Position numbers and translations under genes: made by a program. Under the pieces are notes generated by a model that worked only from the letters and a program-made list of their open reading frames with translations, was not told the origin of the DNA and did not search any database. From an uncultured bacterium (GTDB lineage: Bacteria > Muiribacteriota > Ozemobacteria > Ozemobacterales > Ozemobacteraceae), in assembly GCA_937949615.1 (NCBI GenBank), contig CALEDQ010000008.1:243586-307585 (forward strand): a stretch of 64,000 nt of DNA, given 5' to 3'. Every line of letters begins with the position of its first letter. Positions within the stretch are counted from its first letter, which is position 1. Below, piece after piece: positions 51,677 to 62,375 of this stretch.

Positions 51677-54600
51677 ATGAGCATACCAAGAACATCAATC
51701 AATCGCCCCATCTCGGTTACCATGCTGATGCTTGGCATGGCACTGATCGGCTTCGGTGCCTTTCTCACCTTCAACGTCGCGCTTTTCCCCAATATCGATA
51801 TTCCGGTCGCTTTCGTACAGGCCCCCTACCCCGGCGTCGATCCTGCCGAAATTGAAACCATCGTCACTAAAAAGATCGAAGACGAAATCAACTCGGTCGA
51901 AAATATCGATAAAATCGAATCCTACTCCGCCGAAGGTTATTCGCAGACGGTAATCAACTTTAAATTCGGCACCGATCTCGATCTGGCCGCCGTCGACCTG
52001 CGCGCCAAAGTTGACCAGGCAAAGCGCAACCTGCCCCGCGACATGGAACAGGTAACGGTTTCGAAGGTTGACATCAACGCCTTTCCGGTTCTGAATATTG
52101 CGCTTGGCGGCAACTACGATCTCGTCGAACTGCGCCGCATCGCTGACCGCGAAATAAAACCGGCTTTTCAGCAGATCAGCGGCGTCGCCAACGTCGAAGT
52201 CAAGGGCGGTCTGCAGCGCGAAATCAGGGTCAAAATCAGCCCTGAACGCATGCTCGCTTATGAACTGACCATCGATGACGTAATCACTGCCGTCAGCAAA
52301 GACAATCAGAATACGCCGCTTGGCAATATCAACGAAGGTTCTTTCAGATACCTGCTGCGCTCGGAAGGGCAGGTCTAAAACCCGCAGCAGCTTGGCAACA
52401 TAATTATCAAAGAAATCAACCGCCGGCCGATCTATCTGTCAGAAATAGCCACGATCGATGATCAATACAAAGAAATAGAATCAACTTCGCGCATCAACGG
52501 GCAGCCTTCGGTTACCCTCGAAATCAAAAAAACTGCCGACGCCAACCCGGTTCTCATATCTGATGCTGCTCAGGCGTTGATTCCAAAGCTTGAAGAAAAA
52601 TACAAGGGCCGCCTGACCATCATCGTCGGTAACGATCAGACCGGCTTCATCAGAGACACCATTCAGATGGTTAAAGATAATGCTCTGGTGGGCGGGCTTC
52701 TGGCAATCATTGTTCTCTTCATCTTTCTGCAGAACTATCGATCGACTTTCATCATCGGAACCAGTATCCCGCTGGCCATCATTTCAACCTTCGGCTTCCT
52801 GTCGTTCCATGAAGACATTTCGCTCAACCTGATGACTCTCGGGGGGCTCGCCCTGGGCATCGGCATGATGGTCGACAACGCCATCGTCGTCATGGAAAAC
52901 ATCTATCGTTTCTATGCCGAAAACCCGCAGGGCGATCGCATAGAACTGGCAACCAAAGCCTCAGAAGAAGTTTTTATGCCGGTTCTCGCTTCGACCGCCA
53001 CCACAGTTGCGGTTTTTCTTCCGATCGGCTTTGTGCCGGCAGTGGTTGGTGAGATCTTCTTCAACATGTCACTGGCAATTATCTATTCGCTGCTGGCATC
53101 GCTTCTGGTAGCAATCACCTTTCTGCCAATGCTCTGCTCAAGATTTCTCGTGCTCGATGGCCTTTTCATTGAAACGATCATCGTGAGAATGTACAAAGCT
53201 CTGGCTCAGTGGGCGCAGAAGCATCCGCTCAAATCGATTACCGCTTTTATCAGTCTGTTCTCCCTGCCGGCTATCGGCTTCTATTCTGGTCTGAAAAATC
53301 CGGCAGTTATCAGTCTGCTCGAAAAAACACCACTGGCCGGGCACGCCTTCAGTCCAGGCTTTGACAGTCTTTTCGCTTCAGCTGCAATTATTCTGACCAT
53401 TCTGCTGCTGCCTCTTGTAATCGCCGCTCTTTTCAAGGCATTCAACTTTCTCACTGCGAAAATCCTTTTTCCGATCATTGACGGCCTGATTATGAATGTT
53501 CTTCGCGGCCTGTATCTGCAGGTTCTCAAAGCGCTGCTGAAACACTGGTATCTGCGCCTGGCATACTGCGCGGCAATCTTTGCCCTGTTTCTCATGGCAA
53601 TCTTCAACCAGCCGGCGATGAGCTTTTTCCCTGACATGGACCGCGGCGAAATGACCATCGAGTTTGAAACCCCTGAAGGCACCAGTGTCGAAAAAACCGA
53701 CGAAATCACGAAACAGATAGAGTCGGCTCTTCTGCAGATACCCGAAATCAGCAAAGTCATCACCAACTCGGCCGTCGGTAAAGGCACCCTGGCGGTCAAA
53801 CTGACCCCCAAAAAAGAGCGCACCAAAGCGACAAAAGATATTATCGACCTGGTTCGCCCGCAGGTCGACATTATCCCCGGCATCCGCACCATCGACTACA
53901 AAGAGCCCAAAATGGGCAAACCTTCGCGCGGCAAATCGATTCAGATCGAAGTCATGGGCGACGACTTCGAAGTTATCGAAGAGATCTGCCTGCAGGTCTA
54001 CGAGCGAATAAAAGACATTCCCGGTCTTAAAGATCTCGACAACGGCATCAAAACAGGGCGCCCCGAATTCAGACTGGTTTTTGACCGCGAAAAGATCCGA
54101 GATATGGGCCTCAGTCTCGTTAAGATCGCCGAAATGGCCCGCAGCCATGTTTACGGCACCCTCGCCGGCAAATACCGCGAGAACAACGACGAATTCGACA
54201 TTCGCGTCGAAGCTGCCGACCTTTCGAAAGATAAGATCGCCAAGCTCAAAGACCTCGAAATCTCACTCGAAAAGGGAAAATTCATCAAACTCGGTCAGGT
54301 GGCGAAGTTTCTGCCTGCCACCGGTTACAGCGTCATTGAGCGCAAAAATATTGCGCGCCGTCTCATCGTGCAGGCCAACCCCGATGAACGCCCTATCGGT
54401 GCAATTACCAACGATATCAATGAAAAGATCAAAGATATCAAAATGCCTCCGGGTTACGTTATCAACTTCGGCGGCGAAAACGAAGAAATGGTCAAGGCCT
54501 TCAAATATCTTGCCGTTGCCCTGCTCGCCTCGGTTCTTCTCGTTTACATGATCATGGCTTCGCAGTTTGAATCTCTGCTCTACCCGTTCCTGATCATGTT

Positions 54601-55030
54601 CACGATTCCACTGTCATATATCGGCGTTGTGGCTGGTCTGCAGATCATGGGTTTTGCCTTCAGCGTCACCGCAATGATCGGCATCATCATGCTCGCCGGG
54701 ATCGCCGTTAACAACGGCATCATCCTTATCGAGTTCATTCTGCAGCGCCGGCGCGAGCTGAACGAAAGCGATTTCGATGCCGCCATGGCCGCCGGCAGCC
54801 TGAGATTCAGACCGATTCTGATGACAATGATGACGACTCTTCTCGGGATGTTTCCTCTGGCAATGGGCATTGGCGCTGGTGCAGACTTCTACCAGCCGCT
54901 GGCAATATCCGTTTCAGGCGGCCTGCTGGTCTCGACAATGATTACCCTGACGTTCGTTCCGACCATCTTTATCATGGCCGAAAATATTATCAGCTTCATC
55001 AAATCATTCATGGCTGATTTTACCAGATAA
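51677..55030 (+). pseudogene. RND efflux permease (AcrB/HAE1-like) interrupted by a single in-frame TAA at 52376..52378
   Basis: Track ORFs 51677..52378 and 52577..55030 are in the same frame. My translation of 52379..52576 has no further stop and is conserved RND sequence ('...LRSEGQV*NPQQLGNIIIKEINRRPIYLSEIATIDDQ...'). The second ORF's 'M' is a TTG. Uninterrupted it would be about 1117 aa. Confidence 0.65.
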
Positions 55031-55052
55031 TCCACAGGCAGATTTACAGCTG

Positions 55053-55086
55053 AAGCGGGGGTTGCACAACCCCCGCTTTTGTTGTA
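55053..55086 (+). terminator. Rho-independent terminator after the RND permease gene
   Basis: 'aagcgggggttg-caca-acccccgctt' then 'ttgttgt'. It overlaps the track's upstream extension of the next ORF. Confidence 0.65.
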
Positions 55087-55127
55087 CACTGTCTGCCCAC
55101 AGATTAGAGAAACCAAAAAGGATGACT

Positions 55128-56378
55128 ATGAAATCACAGCAGAATAAGTTTGACGTATCGATCAATTCAGAAATCGGCGAACTCGAAGGTGTTATTCTGC
55201 ACACACCCGGCCTCGAAATTGAAAACATGACCCCCGGCAATGCCGAGCGCGCACTTTACAGCGATGTTCTCAACCTCTCGGTCGCGTCACTCGAATATGA
55301 CCAGCTGCGTATAGTTCTCGAAAAACATACAAATGTTTTTCAGGTCAGAAAGCTTCTTGAACAGGTTCTTCACAATTCCAAGGTCAGAGCCAGTCTGATC
55401 GAACGCATCTGCCGCAACGAAAACGCCCTCGAAATCATGCCCGAACTGCAGGCCATGAAAGAAAAAGAACTTTGCCGCTGCCTGCTCGAAGGCGTTCTGA
55501 TGAAAAAAGACAACCTTTCACGCTTTCTCAGCAACGAACGCTACTCGCTGCGACCTCTGCACAACTTCTTCTTCACCCGCGACCTCTCAGTCGTCATCAA
55601 TGACTGGGTAATGATTGCCCGCATGGCAAACAAAGTCAGAAGCCGCGAAGCCATGATCATGGAAGCAATTTTCGATTACCATCCGATGTTTTCGGTTAAA
55701 ACCCTCAATATGCAGGCCGTCGAAACTGCTCACATAGAAGGCGGAGACGTGCTCGTAGCCAGAGATGACATTCTGATTATCGGTATCGGCGCCAGAAGCA
55801 CACCTGAAGCCGTCGATCTGCTGGTCGAACATTTCAAAGCTCTTAAAAAACCTCAGCATATACTCGTTCAGGAACTTCCTCTGATACCTGAATCTTTTAT
55901 TCATCTCGACATGGTCTTTACTCTGCTCGATCATGACACCTGCATGATTTACGAACCGGTCATCATGCAGCCGAACCGCTATAAAACAGTATTGATCAGC
56001 ATCGATAATGGCCAGGTCAAAATCTCGGAAGAACGCAACCTGCTGACTGCACTGGACCGGCTCGGCATGCCGATGATTCCGATTCTCTGTGGCGGAACCT
56101 CCGACTCATGGATTCAGGAACGCGAACAGTGGCACAGCGGCGCCAACTTCTTCGCCATGGGCCCCGGCCGCATCATCGGCTATCGTCGGAATATCAACAC
56201 GATCGAAGAACTTGATCGCAAAGGCTTTGCTATTATCGATGCCACCGACGTCGTAGAAAACAAGGTCGATCTCAATCGTTACGGCCGTTGCGTCATCACC
56301 ATCGACGGTTCAGAGCTGGCGCGCGGCGGCGGTGGCTGCCGCTGCATGACCATGCCCATCCGCCGCAAACCGGTTTAA
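55128..56378 (+). CDS. Arginine deiminase-family (amidinotransferase-superfamily) enzyme
   Basis: N-terminal 'SEIGELEGVILHTPGLE'. C-terminal catalytic-Cys motif 'GGGGCRCMTMPIRR'. About 416 aa. Start chosen at the ATG 6 nt after 'AAAAAGG'. No ornithine carbamoyltransferase or carbamate kinase gene nearby. Confidence 0.7.
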   Translation: MKSQQNKFDVSINSEIGELEGVILHTPGLEIENMTPGNAERALYSDVLNLSVASLEYDQLRIVLEKHTNVFQVRKLLEQVLHNSKVRASLIERICRNENALEIMPELQAMKEKELCRCLLEGVLMKKDNLSRFLSNERYSLRPLHNFFFTRDLSVVINDWVMIARMANKVRSREAMIMEAIFDYHPMFSVKTLNMQAVETAHIEGGDVLVARDDILIIGIGARSTPEAVDLLVEHFKALKKPQHILVQELPLIPESFIHLDMVFTLLDHDTCMIYEPVIMQPNRYKTVLISIDNGQVKISEERNLLTALDRLGMPMIPILCGGTSDSWIQEREQWHSGANFFAMGPGRIIGYRRNINTIEELDRKGFAIIDATDVVENKVDLNRYGRCVITIDGSELARGGGGCRCMTMPIRRKPV

Positions 56379-56443
56379 CCTGAAGTTTTCAAAGTCTGAT
56401 TGGCAAACAGTCTCTGACATGAGATAATGATCAGAGAGGTTAT

Positions 56444-59254
56444 ATGCAGAGTCAGCAGACAACCAGCAGCCTGACCGAAAAACTCACGCTGTTTTTCATG
56501 ATCGCTGCCATATTTGCGACAGTTTTATGGGGTCTCGAATCATGGTTCGAAACCCGCATTAATTCATACCAAAACGACCTGCAGACCCGGCGCCGGCAAC
56601 TGACAGAAAGTATTGCCGCTGTCACCGAACCAGAACTTTTCATCACCCGCAGTATCCTGCCGGTGCTGCGCCAGGTAAGCGAAAATCCGCAAATCGACCT
56701 CGATAAGCTGCGGTCACAACACCTGCAGAAAAACCACCTCGACATGACCATGTATCAGTTCGATGCCCGAGGCGAACTGACCAGAACCGCTCCGACCCGT
56801 GCTCCCAATCTGTGGTTGATGCGCAACCTGTTCACCAGCCTGCGCGAAACCGATATCCGCAAGGTTTCGCAGGCCCGCAAAGGCCTCGACAAAAAACTCG
56901 AATTCGCTTTCGGCTTCGGCAAAGATCTCAACTCGATTCGCGAAAACCCCGAAACCATAATCAACACGGCCTCTGGCGACAAAGAGGGCATGCTCGCCTG
57001 GACCAGTCGCCCGAACGGTGGCCTGATCATCACCTGCCAGGAAGCCCCCAAAGCCCGCGACATCTTTCGCTTGCGGCCAGAGATTCCTTCATCAGACTCG
57101 ACCCTTGTCAAAACCGGCATCCTGGCAACCGTCAACAATGGTCTCACATTGGCCGGACAGGCACACGCCTTTCTGGCTCGGGCCGGCCTCGATACCGGAC
57201 AATATGCCGGCCAGCAATGGTTTTTTGTCAGCACTCGCAGCGCCCGCAAGGTTTTTGCCGCCTTCCGGACACTGCCATGCCCGTTCACCCGCGCTCTACA
57301 CCTGATCAGACTGGTAATCGCCGCAGCCGCCCTCGCGATCATGCTCTTTTTTGCCATTGCCGGCACCAGCATGGCTGTCAGCCTGAAAAAACTGGTTATC
57401 ACCATGTTTTTCGCCTCGTCGTTGATACCGCTCAGTGGTATTGCCTCAACGACCCTCGACAACCTCGATGTTTTCACACAGATTCACAACAACAAAACCA
57501 GAGCCGCCAAAGAAGAGACTCTGAGCAACATGGTACAAAACTTCAACAAACACCTGGCCTCAAGTTCTGCAACCCTGGTTCGCCTCACCGAAAACCCGGG
57601 CAACGGCGGCAAAGACCCGTCGACTCTGCAGATGAACCGTGCAATCACCGCCATTTTTCCAGAAGCGCGCGTCACCCTGCGCAACTCCGCCGGCGATCTG
57701 ATCTTTTCCAACAGCCCCGATTTTTCATCAGGCCGCGAAACGGTTTTCAAATCACTGTCACGCCGCCTGGTCGAACGCTACATCCCCGAAAGACTCGATG
57801 AACACAAATACAACGGCAACCCGTTTTCCGATTCCATGGTTCGCAAAGATGACATGGGTTTCGGTACCCTGCTGAACTACCCGAATCGACTGCAGTTCGT
57901 CAGAACCGGCAATTCCGAAATGCTGCTGTTTTACCGGCTGCTGCCGGCTGCAAAAGGCCCCGCCGCCATTGCCCAGATCGAATTGTCGACCAGCGCCACC
58001 GTAAAACGCTACCTCAAAATCGTCGGCCGCCAGCCGATCACCGTCGACAACAATGCCATGACGATCTCAGCCTTCTACCCCAAAGGCTTCCGCTGGTCAC
58101 TGCCCCCATCTGCCCAGCACCAGAAAAGAATCCTGCAGATTGCCGAAGCCGCCCATGTAACCGGCAAAGCTCAGTTCAGAAGATTGACCGGCGATGTCGA
58201 CGGCTTTGCCTTATGTATCCCCGCTTCCGAACTGGCGGGAAACTGCCTCGTAGCCTTCAGTTCAGCCCAGCCACTCGACGAAGCACTTGCCCGCATGAAA
58301 ATCCGTATTCTGACAGGCACCGTCATTGCCCTGATTCTCCTGATCTCTGTGGCAACCTGGATTTCCCGGCAGCTGATCAGCCCGCTCAGCGACCTGGAAT
58401 CCGGTATCAAAGCTCTGGCTGCCCGCAATTTCGAAACCCGTCTCAGTGTCCCCCCCGGCAAAGATGAGCTCTCGCAACTGTTTCACGCCTTTAACGACAT
58501 GATGGCCGAAAGCTACGACATGCAGATCGCTCACAGCGTCCAGGAAGGCCTGGTGCCCAGCGAATTCCCGGAAATCGCTGACTACAGCATTTTTGGCATG
58601 CTGCAGTCAGCATCCGATCTCGGCGGCGACTGCCTCGACTGCTTTCTTCTTCCCAATGGCCATCTGCTGTTCCTCGTCGGCGATCTGACCGGTCATGGTG
58701 TCGGATCGGCCCTGATGATGGCTTTTGCCCGCGCCGTCACCTTTCACTGGAGCCAGAAAGGCAACCTCACCCCCGCCAGCCTCGTCGATCAGATCGACAA
58801 CATGCTGCGCGAAAACCGCACCGAACGTATGTTCATGGGCATCATCTGCGGCGTGCTCAACCCCGAAAGCCACGAAATCGAACTGGTAACCAAAGGGCAC
58901 ATCTACCCGTTAAAAGTTTCGGCTGACGGCAAATGCGCCTGGAAAGGCCAGCCGGCCTACCCACTCGGCATTGCCCGCCAGACTGCAGCCACCTCGTTCA
59001 GATTCACCATGAATCCTGGCGATGGACTGCTGTGCATGACCGATGGCTTTCTCGAAGCCTACAACCGCCAGCTGCGCACCATAGGTTTCGATGGCATCGA
59101 AGAATGGGCGGCCGCAACCGCCGGCAACGATGCCCGAGGCTGGGTGCAGGCCCTTGAAACCAGATTTAAAACCTGGTGTGATAACCGGCAGTCCGACGAC
59201 ATTTCGATCTTTGCCCTGAAACGCCAGGCGGAGGCAGATAAGCATGTCAGCTGA
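56444..59254 (+). CDS. Membrane-anchored signalling protein: large N-terminal sensor region, HAMP domain, C-terminal PP2C-type (SpoIIE/RsbU-like) serine phosphatase
   Basis: Transmembrane helices 'LFFMIAAIFATVLWGL' and 'AAALAIMLFFAIAGT'. HAMP 'ISPLSDLESGIKALAARNFETRLSVPPGKDELSQLFHAFNDMM'. PP2C motifs 'DLGGDCLDCF', 'LVGDLTGHGVGSA', 'GDGLLCMTDG'. Confidence 0.8.
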   Translation: MQSQQTTSSLTEKLTLFFMIAAIFATVLWGLESWFETRINSYQNDLQTRRRQLTESIAAVTEPELFITRSILPVLRQVSENPQIDLDKLRSQHLQKNHLDMTMYQFDARGELTRTAPTRAPNLWLMRNLFTSLRETDIRKVSQARKGLDKKLEFAFGFGKDLNSIRENPETIINTASGDKEGMLAWTSRPNGGLIITCQEAPKARDIFRLRPEIPSSDSTLVKTGILATVNNGLTLAGQAHAFLARAGLDTGQYAGQQWFFVSTRSARKVFAAFRTLPCPFTRALHLIRLVIAAAALAIMLFFAIAGTSMAVSLKKLVITMFFASSLIPLSGIASTTLDNLDVFTQIHNNKTRAAKEETLSNMVQNFNKHLASSSATLVRLTENPGNGGKDPSTLQMNRAITAIFPEARVTLRNSAGDLIFSNSPDFSSGRETVFKSLSRRLVERYIPERLDEHKYNGNPFSDSMVRKDDMGFGTLLNYPNRLQFVRTGNSEMLLFYRLLPAAKGPAAIAQIELSTSATVKRYLKIVGRQPITVDNNAMTISAFYPKGFRWSLPPSAQHQKRILQIAEAAHVTGKAQFRRLTGDVDGFALCIPASELAGNCLVAFSSAQPLDEALARMKIRILTGTVIALILLISVATWISRQLISPLSDLESGIKALAARNFETRLSVPPGKDELSQLFHAFNDMMAESYDMQIAHSVQEGLVPSEFPEIADYSIFGMLQSASDLGGDCLDCFLLPNGHLLFLVGDLTGHGVGSALMMAFARAVTFHWSQKGNLTPASLVDQIDNMLRENRTERMFMGIICGVLNPESHEIELVTKGHIYPLKVSADGKCAWKGQPAYPLGIARQTAATSFRFTMNPGDGLLCMTDGFLEAYNRQLRTIGFDGIEEWAAATAGNDARGWVQALETRFKTWCDNRQSDDISIFALKRQAEADKHVS

Positions 59255-62114
59255 TAAACGACGCCTTTCTGCATCTTTTGGCCGGCTCGGCCTCATCTTT
59301 GCCGGTATTCTTCTGCTGTTCGTCTCATTGACCGCATCGCAGACCGCCGAAAAGCTGCAGCGCGAACATGAAAGACAGTTGCTGAAAACCCTCGAATACA
59401 GCCTTGATCCGTTGATTGCCGCCACCTCTGATGAATCGTACATTTTCAACCGGATTACTTCTCTCGTAGAAGCCGCAAGAAGCGGCGGCATCGATGGCTC
59501 CGGACTTGCTGAAGCCGTCAAAACAGCCTCCGATACTTTCAGCGTGTCTGTAAAAGCCTTTTTTTACAGAAACATGCAGCTGCAAAGATCTTTCAACGCC
59601 TCATCGACTGAACTGCCGTTGTTTGAAAGTCTTATGGCTGACCTTAACCAGACCGAAACAGCCTTTGAAGAAGCACAGCGGCGTGTACATCAGTCACTGC
59701 TCGACAATTTCGGTTCCGGTCATCGGTTAGAATTGATGAGCGCCTCCCGGGGTACACAGAAACGTTATAAATTCCGCGAGGCAGATCAGTTCTACTATTG
59801 GAACAGCTGGCCAGACGGGCTCGGAGTTTTTATAATCGTCACCGGCTTTCCCGATTTTCTTGAGCGATTCGCAAAAATCGAAACCGACCGCAGAATCTTC
59901 GGCGCCGGCACCCCTTCAGACGGCCGCTATTCTCCACCGGCCGGCGTTACTGCAGACCAGACCGCGGCCGCCCATATCAAAGCCAAACTCAATGGCCAGA
60001 ATCATACCGAAGCCTTCGACCGCATCTGGCTGTTCCAGGAAGACGAAACCGGCAGCTTCTGGTGCCGCGTCATGTCATTGTCTGAGGCAGCACACAGCCG
60101 CCCGGTATGGGCCGACTGGCTTTTACTGTTGTCAGAAGCCCTGCTGCTCGTTTCTGTCGTTTTCTATCTGACCGCCATTGCCGGTCTCAAACCCGGTGCC
60201 TCGGTTGCTGCATGGCTTGATTCGCTGTCGATTCGTTACCGTCTCATGGGTCTCTTCTCCATGGCCTCGGTTTTTCCCGTGCTGCTGTCAGTTCTGATCG
60301 GTGCAACTTCGCTCGCCGACCGGCGCGAGGTCATAGAAAACAGCGTGATTGCCGAATCAATCTCTGCCATAGAACCGCTAGAAAAGATGTACAACATCCG
60401 CATCGCTCAATCAGAGGCTCTCGGGCGTGACATCCGCCAGGCACTCCTCACAGAGCCACCCTCCGAAGAAATGTTCCAACGCTACCTTAAAAAGCATTCG
60501 CTGCCCAGATTTCTTGCCCGTCTTGAGGTCAGAGACGGTGACGGCCAGACAATCTTTTCGACCGATGACCGCCAGGTGCATGGCGTTGCCGAAGCCATGG
60601 ATATTCTCAGCCGCATGACAATCAAACTGCACTCGCCTCACAGGATGAGCCCGGCTGCCGCCACCAGGGTTTCGCCCGCCGAAATCGTCAGCGAATCGGT
60701 CATGTCGACAGACGAAATCGGTATGGCGACCATCATGCGCCTGCGCGGCCGCCAGTGGCACTTCCACATGGGCACCTTTCCCACCACCTGGTTCTGGGAT
60801 GTTTACCCTGAGATAGCCAGCGGGCCGGGCTTCATGTGCCAGACCAATCAGCTCCTCGAAATCTACCTCAAACAGGTCGAAGAAACCCTTGGCCAGGCCC
60901 GTGTCAGCAGCGACACCCTACAGCTGGCAACCGAATTGAACTACCATTTCAGCAGCTTTAGAATCTTTCCGAACTACAGCTTTCTTCCCGAAAATAAACT
61001 GCTGAAGGCCGCCATAACCAGTTTTCGCACCAACCGGGTGCTGTTTCGTGAAATTGAAGCCGCCGGGCAGAAATGGTGGCTGACCTGCAAACCCGAAAAA
61101 AATATCAACTCGCACGTTTTTATGCACCTGATCTCGCAACCGGCACGACTGCAGGCTCTGGAACCTTTCAAATGGCGCCTGCTGGCCGGCGGTATTTTTG
61201 CCCTGATCATCTCTCTGCTTGGCGCCATGCTGATTACCAGGCTGATAATTCTGCCGGTCGGTGACTTGAATTCTGGTATAACCGCGATCAGAGAGCGCCG
61301 CCAGGATTTTCGCATTCCTTTCCGCCGCGATGACGAATTTGGTGCGCTGGCAAACGCTTTCAACAAGGTTATCGGCGAGCTTAAAGAGCTTGAATACGGC
61401 CGCATCGTCCAGGAAAGCCTGCTTCCACGTGCTGCAATCGTTCCAGAAGGCTATGACATCGCATTCTTCAACACTTCGGCAACCGACCTGGCCGGTGACT
61501 ACCACGACTGCGTCAGACTCAACGACGGCCGCCTGGCAATGGTTCTCGGCGACGTCACCGGCCACGGCATATCAGCAGCACTGGCGATGGCGATGGCCAA
61601 AGCCACGGTGAATTACGCCGCCGCTGACGGCAAATTGTTCCCGGTCGGAGTTATGGATATGCTGAACGCCCTGTTTAACCGTGAGCTCAAACCGCGGCAC
61701 AAATTCATGACTCTGGTTACCATCGTTCTCGACCCTGCCAGCGGCAAAATCGAGGTCGATAACGCCGGCCAGTCATACCCGAGGTTTTACAAAGCCGCCG
61801 AAGACTGCTCAGAAGAAATCGAGCTGCCAACCATGCCGCTCGGCGCCATGAAAAAACGCCGCAGTAAAATCGAAACCCGTGTAATGCGATCCGGTGATGC
61901 CATGATACTGTATTCTGACGGCATCATCGAATGCAGCGACGCCACCGGCGACATGTACGGCTACAATCGCTTCAGCGACAGTTTCGAACGACTGATGCGT
62001 GCGAAAACCCCGGCAGACAAAGCTCTGCGCGAAATGATGTGTGAGCTCGACACTTTCAGAGTCCCCGGCCCATACCCCGACGACGTCACTCTGGTAATCA
62101 TTCGAAAACTCTGA
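59244..62114 (+). CDS. Paralogous membrane HAMP-PP2C (SpoIIE/RsbU-like) phosphatase, overlapping the previous gene by 11 nt
   Basis: Same architecture: HAMP 'ILPVGDLNSGITAIRERRQDFRIPFRRDDEFGALANAFNKVIGEL'; PP2C 'DLAGDYHDCV', 'VLGDVTGHGISAALAMAMA', 'GDAMILYSDG'. Confidence 0.8.
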   Translation: MSADKRRLSASFGRLGLIFAGILLLFVSLTASQTAEKLQREHERQLLKTLEYSLDPLIAATSDESYIFNRITSLVEAARSGGIDGSGLAEAVKTASDTFSVSVKAFFYRNMQLQRSFNASSTELPLFESLMADLNQTETAFEEAQRRVHQSLLDNFGSGHRLELMSASRGTQKRYKFREADQFYYWNSWPDGLGVFIIVTGFPDFLERFAKIETDRRIFGAGTPSDGRYSPPAGVTADQTAAAHIKAKLNGQNHTEAFDRIWLFQEDETGSFWCRVMSLSEAAHSRPVWADWLLLLSEALLLVSVVFYLTAIAGLKPGASVAAWLDSLSIRYRLMGLFSMASVFPVLLSVLIGATSLADRREVIENSVIAESISAIEPLEKMYNIRIAQSEALGRDIRQALLTEPPSEEMFQRYLKKHSLPRFLARLEVRDGDGQTIFSTDDRQVHGVAEAMDILSRMTIKLHSPHRMSPAAATRVSPAEIVSESVMSTDEIGMATIMRLRGRQWHFHMGTFPTTWFWDVYPEIASGPGFMCQTNQLLEIYLKQVEETLGQARVSSDTLQLATELNYHFSSFRIFPNYSFLPENKLLKAAITSFRTNRVLFREIEAAGQKWWLTCKPEKNINSHVFMHLISQPARLQALEPFKWRLLAGGIFALIISLLGAMLITRLIILPVGDLNSGITAIRERRQDFRIPFRRDDEFGALANAFNKVIGELKELEYGRIVQESLLPRAAIVPEGYDIAFFNTSATDLAGDYHDCVRLNDGRLAMVLGDVTGHGISAALAMAMAKATVNYAAADGKLFPVGVMDMLNALFNRELKPRHKFMTLVTIVLDPASGKIEVDNAGQSYPRFYKAAEDCSEEIELPTMPLGAMKKRRSKIETRVMRSGDAMILYSDGIIECSDATGDMYGYNRFSDSFERLMRAKTPADKALREMMCELDTFRVPGPYPDDVTLVIIRKL

Positions 62115-62317
62115 CCCTCTTTAATTTGAATCAGTAGTTTTCTCGTCATTCGCGTGTAGACGAAAATCTTGTCTGCCCTGACGTTTAATGGCGCCTGCCT
62201 GTTACCCCACATTATGTGGCAAGGACCATCCAGCATGCAGGTAATCTGCCATGGCCGGCATCTTGTCAAACTTCACCAGGCCGCTGAAAACTTTATCATC
62301 AAGAATCAGGCATAAGA

Positions 62318-62348
62318 AAAGGGCCCGGAAAACCGGGCCCCAATTTTC
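62318..62348. terminator. Bidirectional rho-independent terminator
   Basis: 'gggcccgg-aaaa-ccgggccc' is a perfect 8-bp GC stem, preceded by 'aagaaaa' and followed by 'caattttc'. It sits between convergent genes. Confidence 0.7.
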
Positions 62349-62375
62349 AACTTAACGCTTAGAGATTTACGGAAA

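Noticed and set aside
52376-52378. Selenocysteine or programmed recoding at the internal stop of the RND permease
   Set aside because: The codon is TAA, not TGA. No SECIS-like hairpin follows it. A point mutation or a sequencing error is far more likely.
55062-55127. Upstream extension of the arginine-deiminase ORF (track start 55062)
   Set aside because: It overlaps the rho-independent terminator of the RND gene. An ATG at 55128 with proper 'AAAAAGG' spacing fits the conserved deiminase N-terminus.
56755-57801. ORFs 56755..57477 (minus, 240 aa) and 56812..57801 (plus, 329 aa, Arg/Gln/Pro-rich) within the first HAMP-PP2C gene
   Set aside because: Alternative-frame and antisense artefacts inside a long, coherent ORF. 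Extreme compositional bias.
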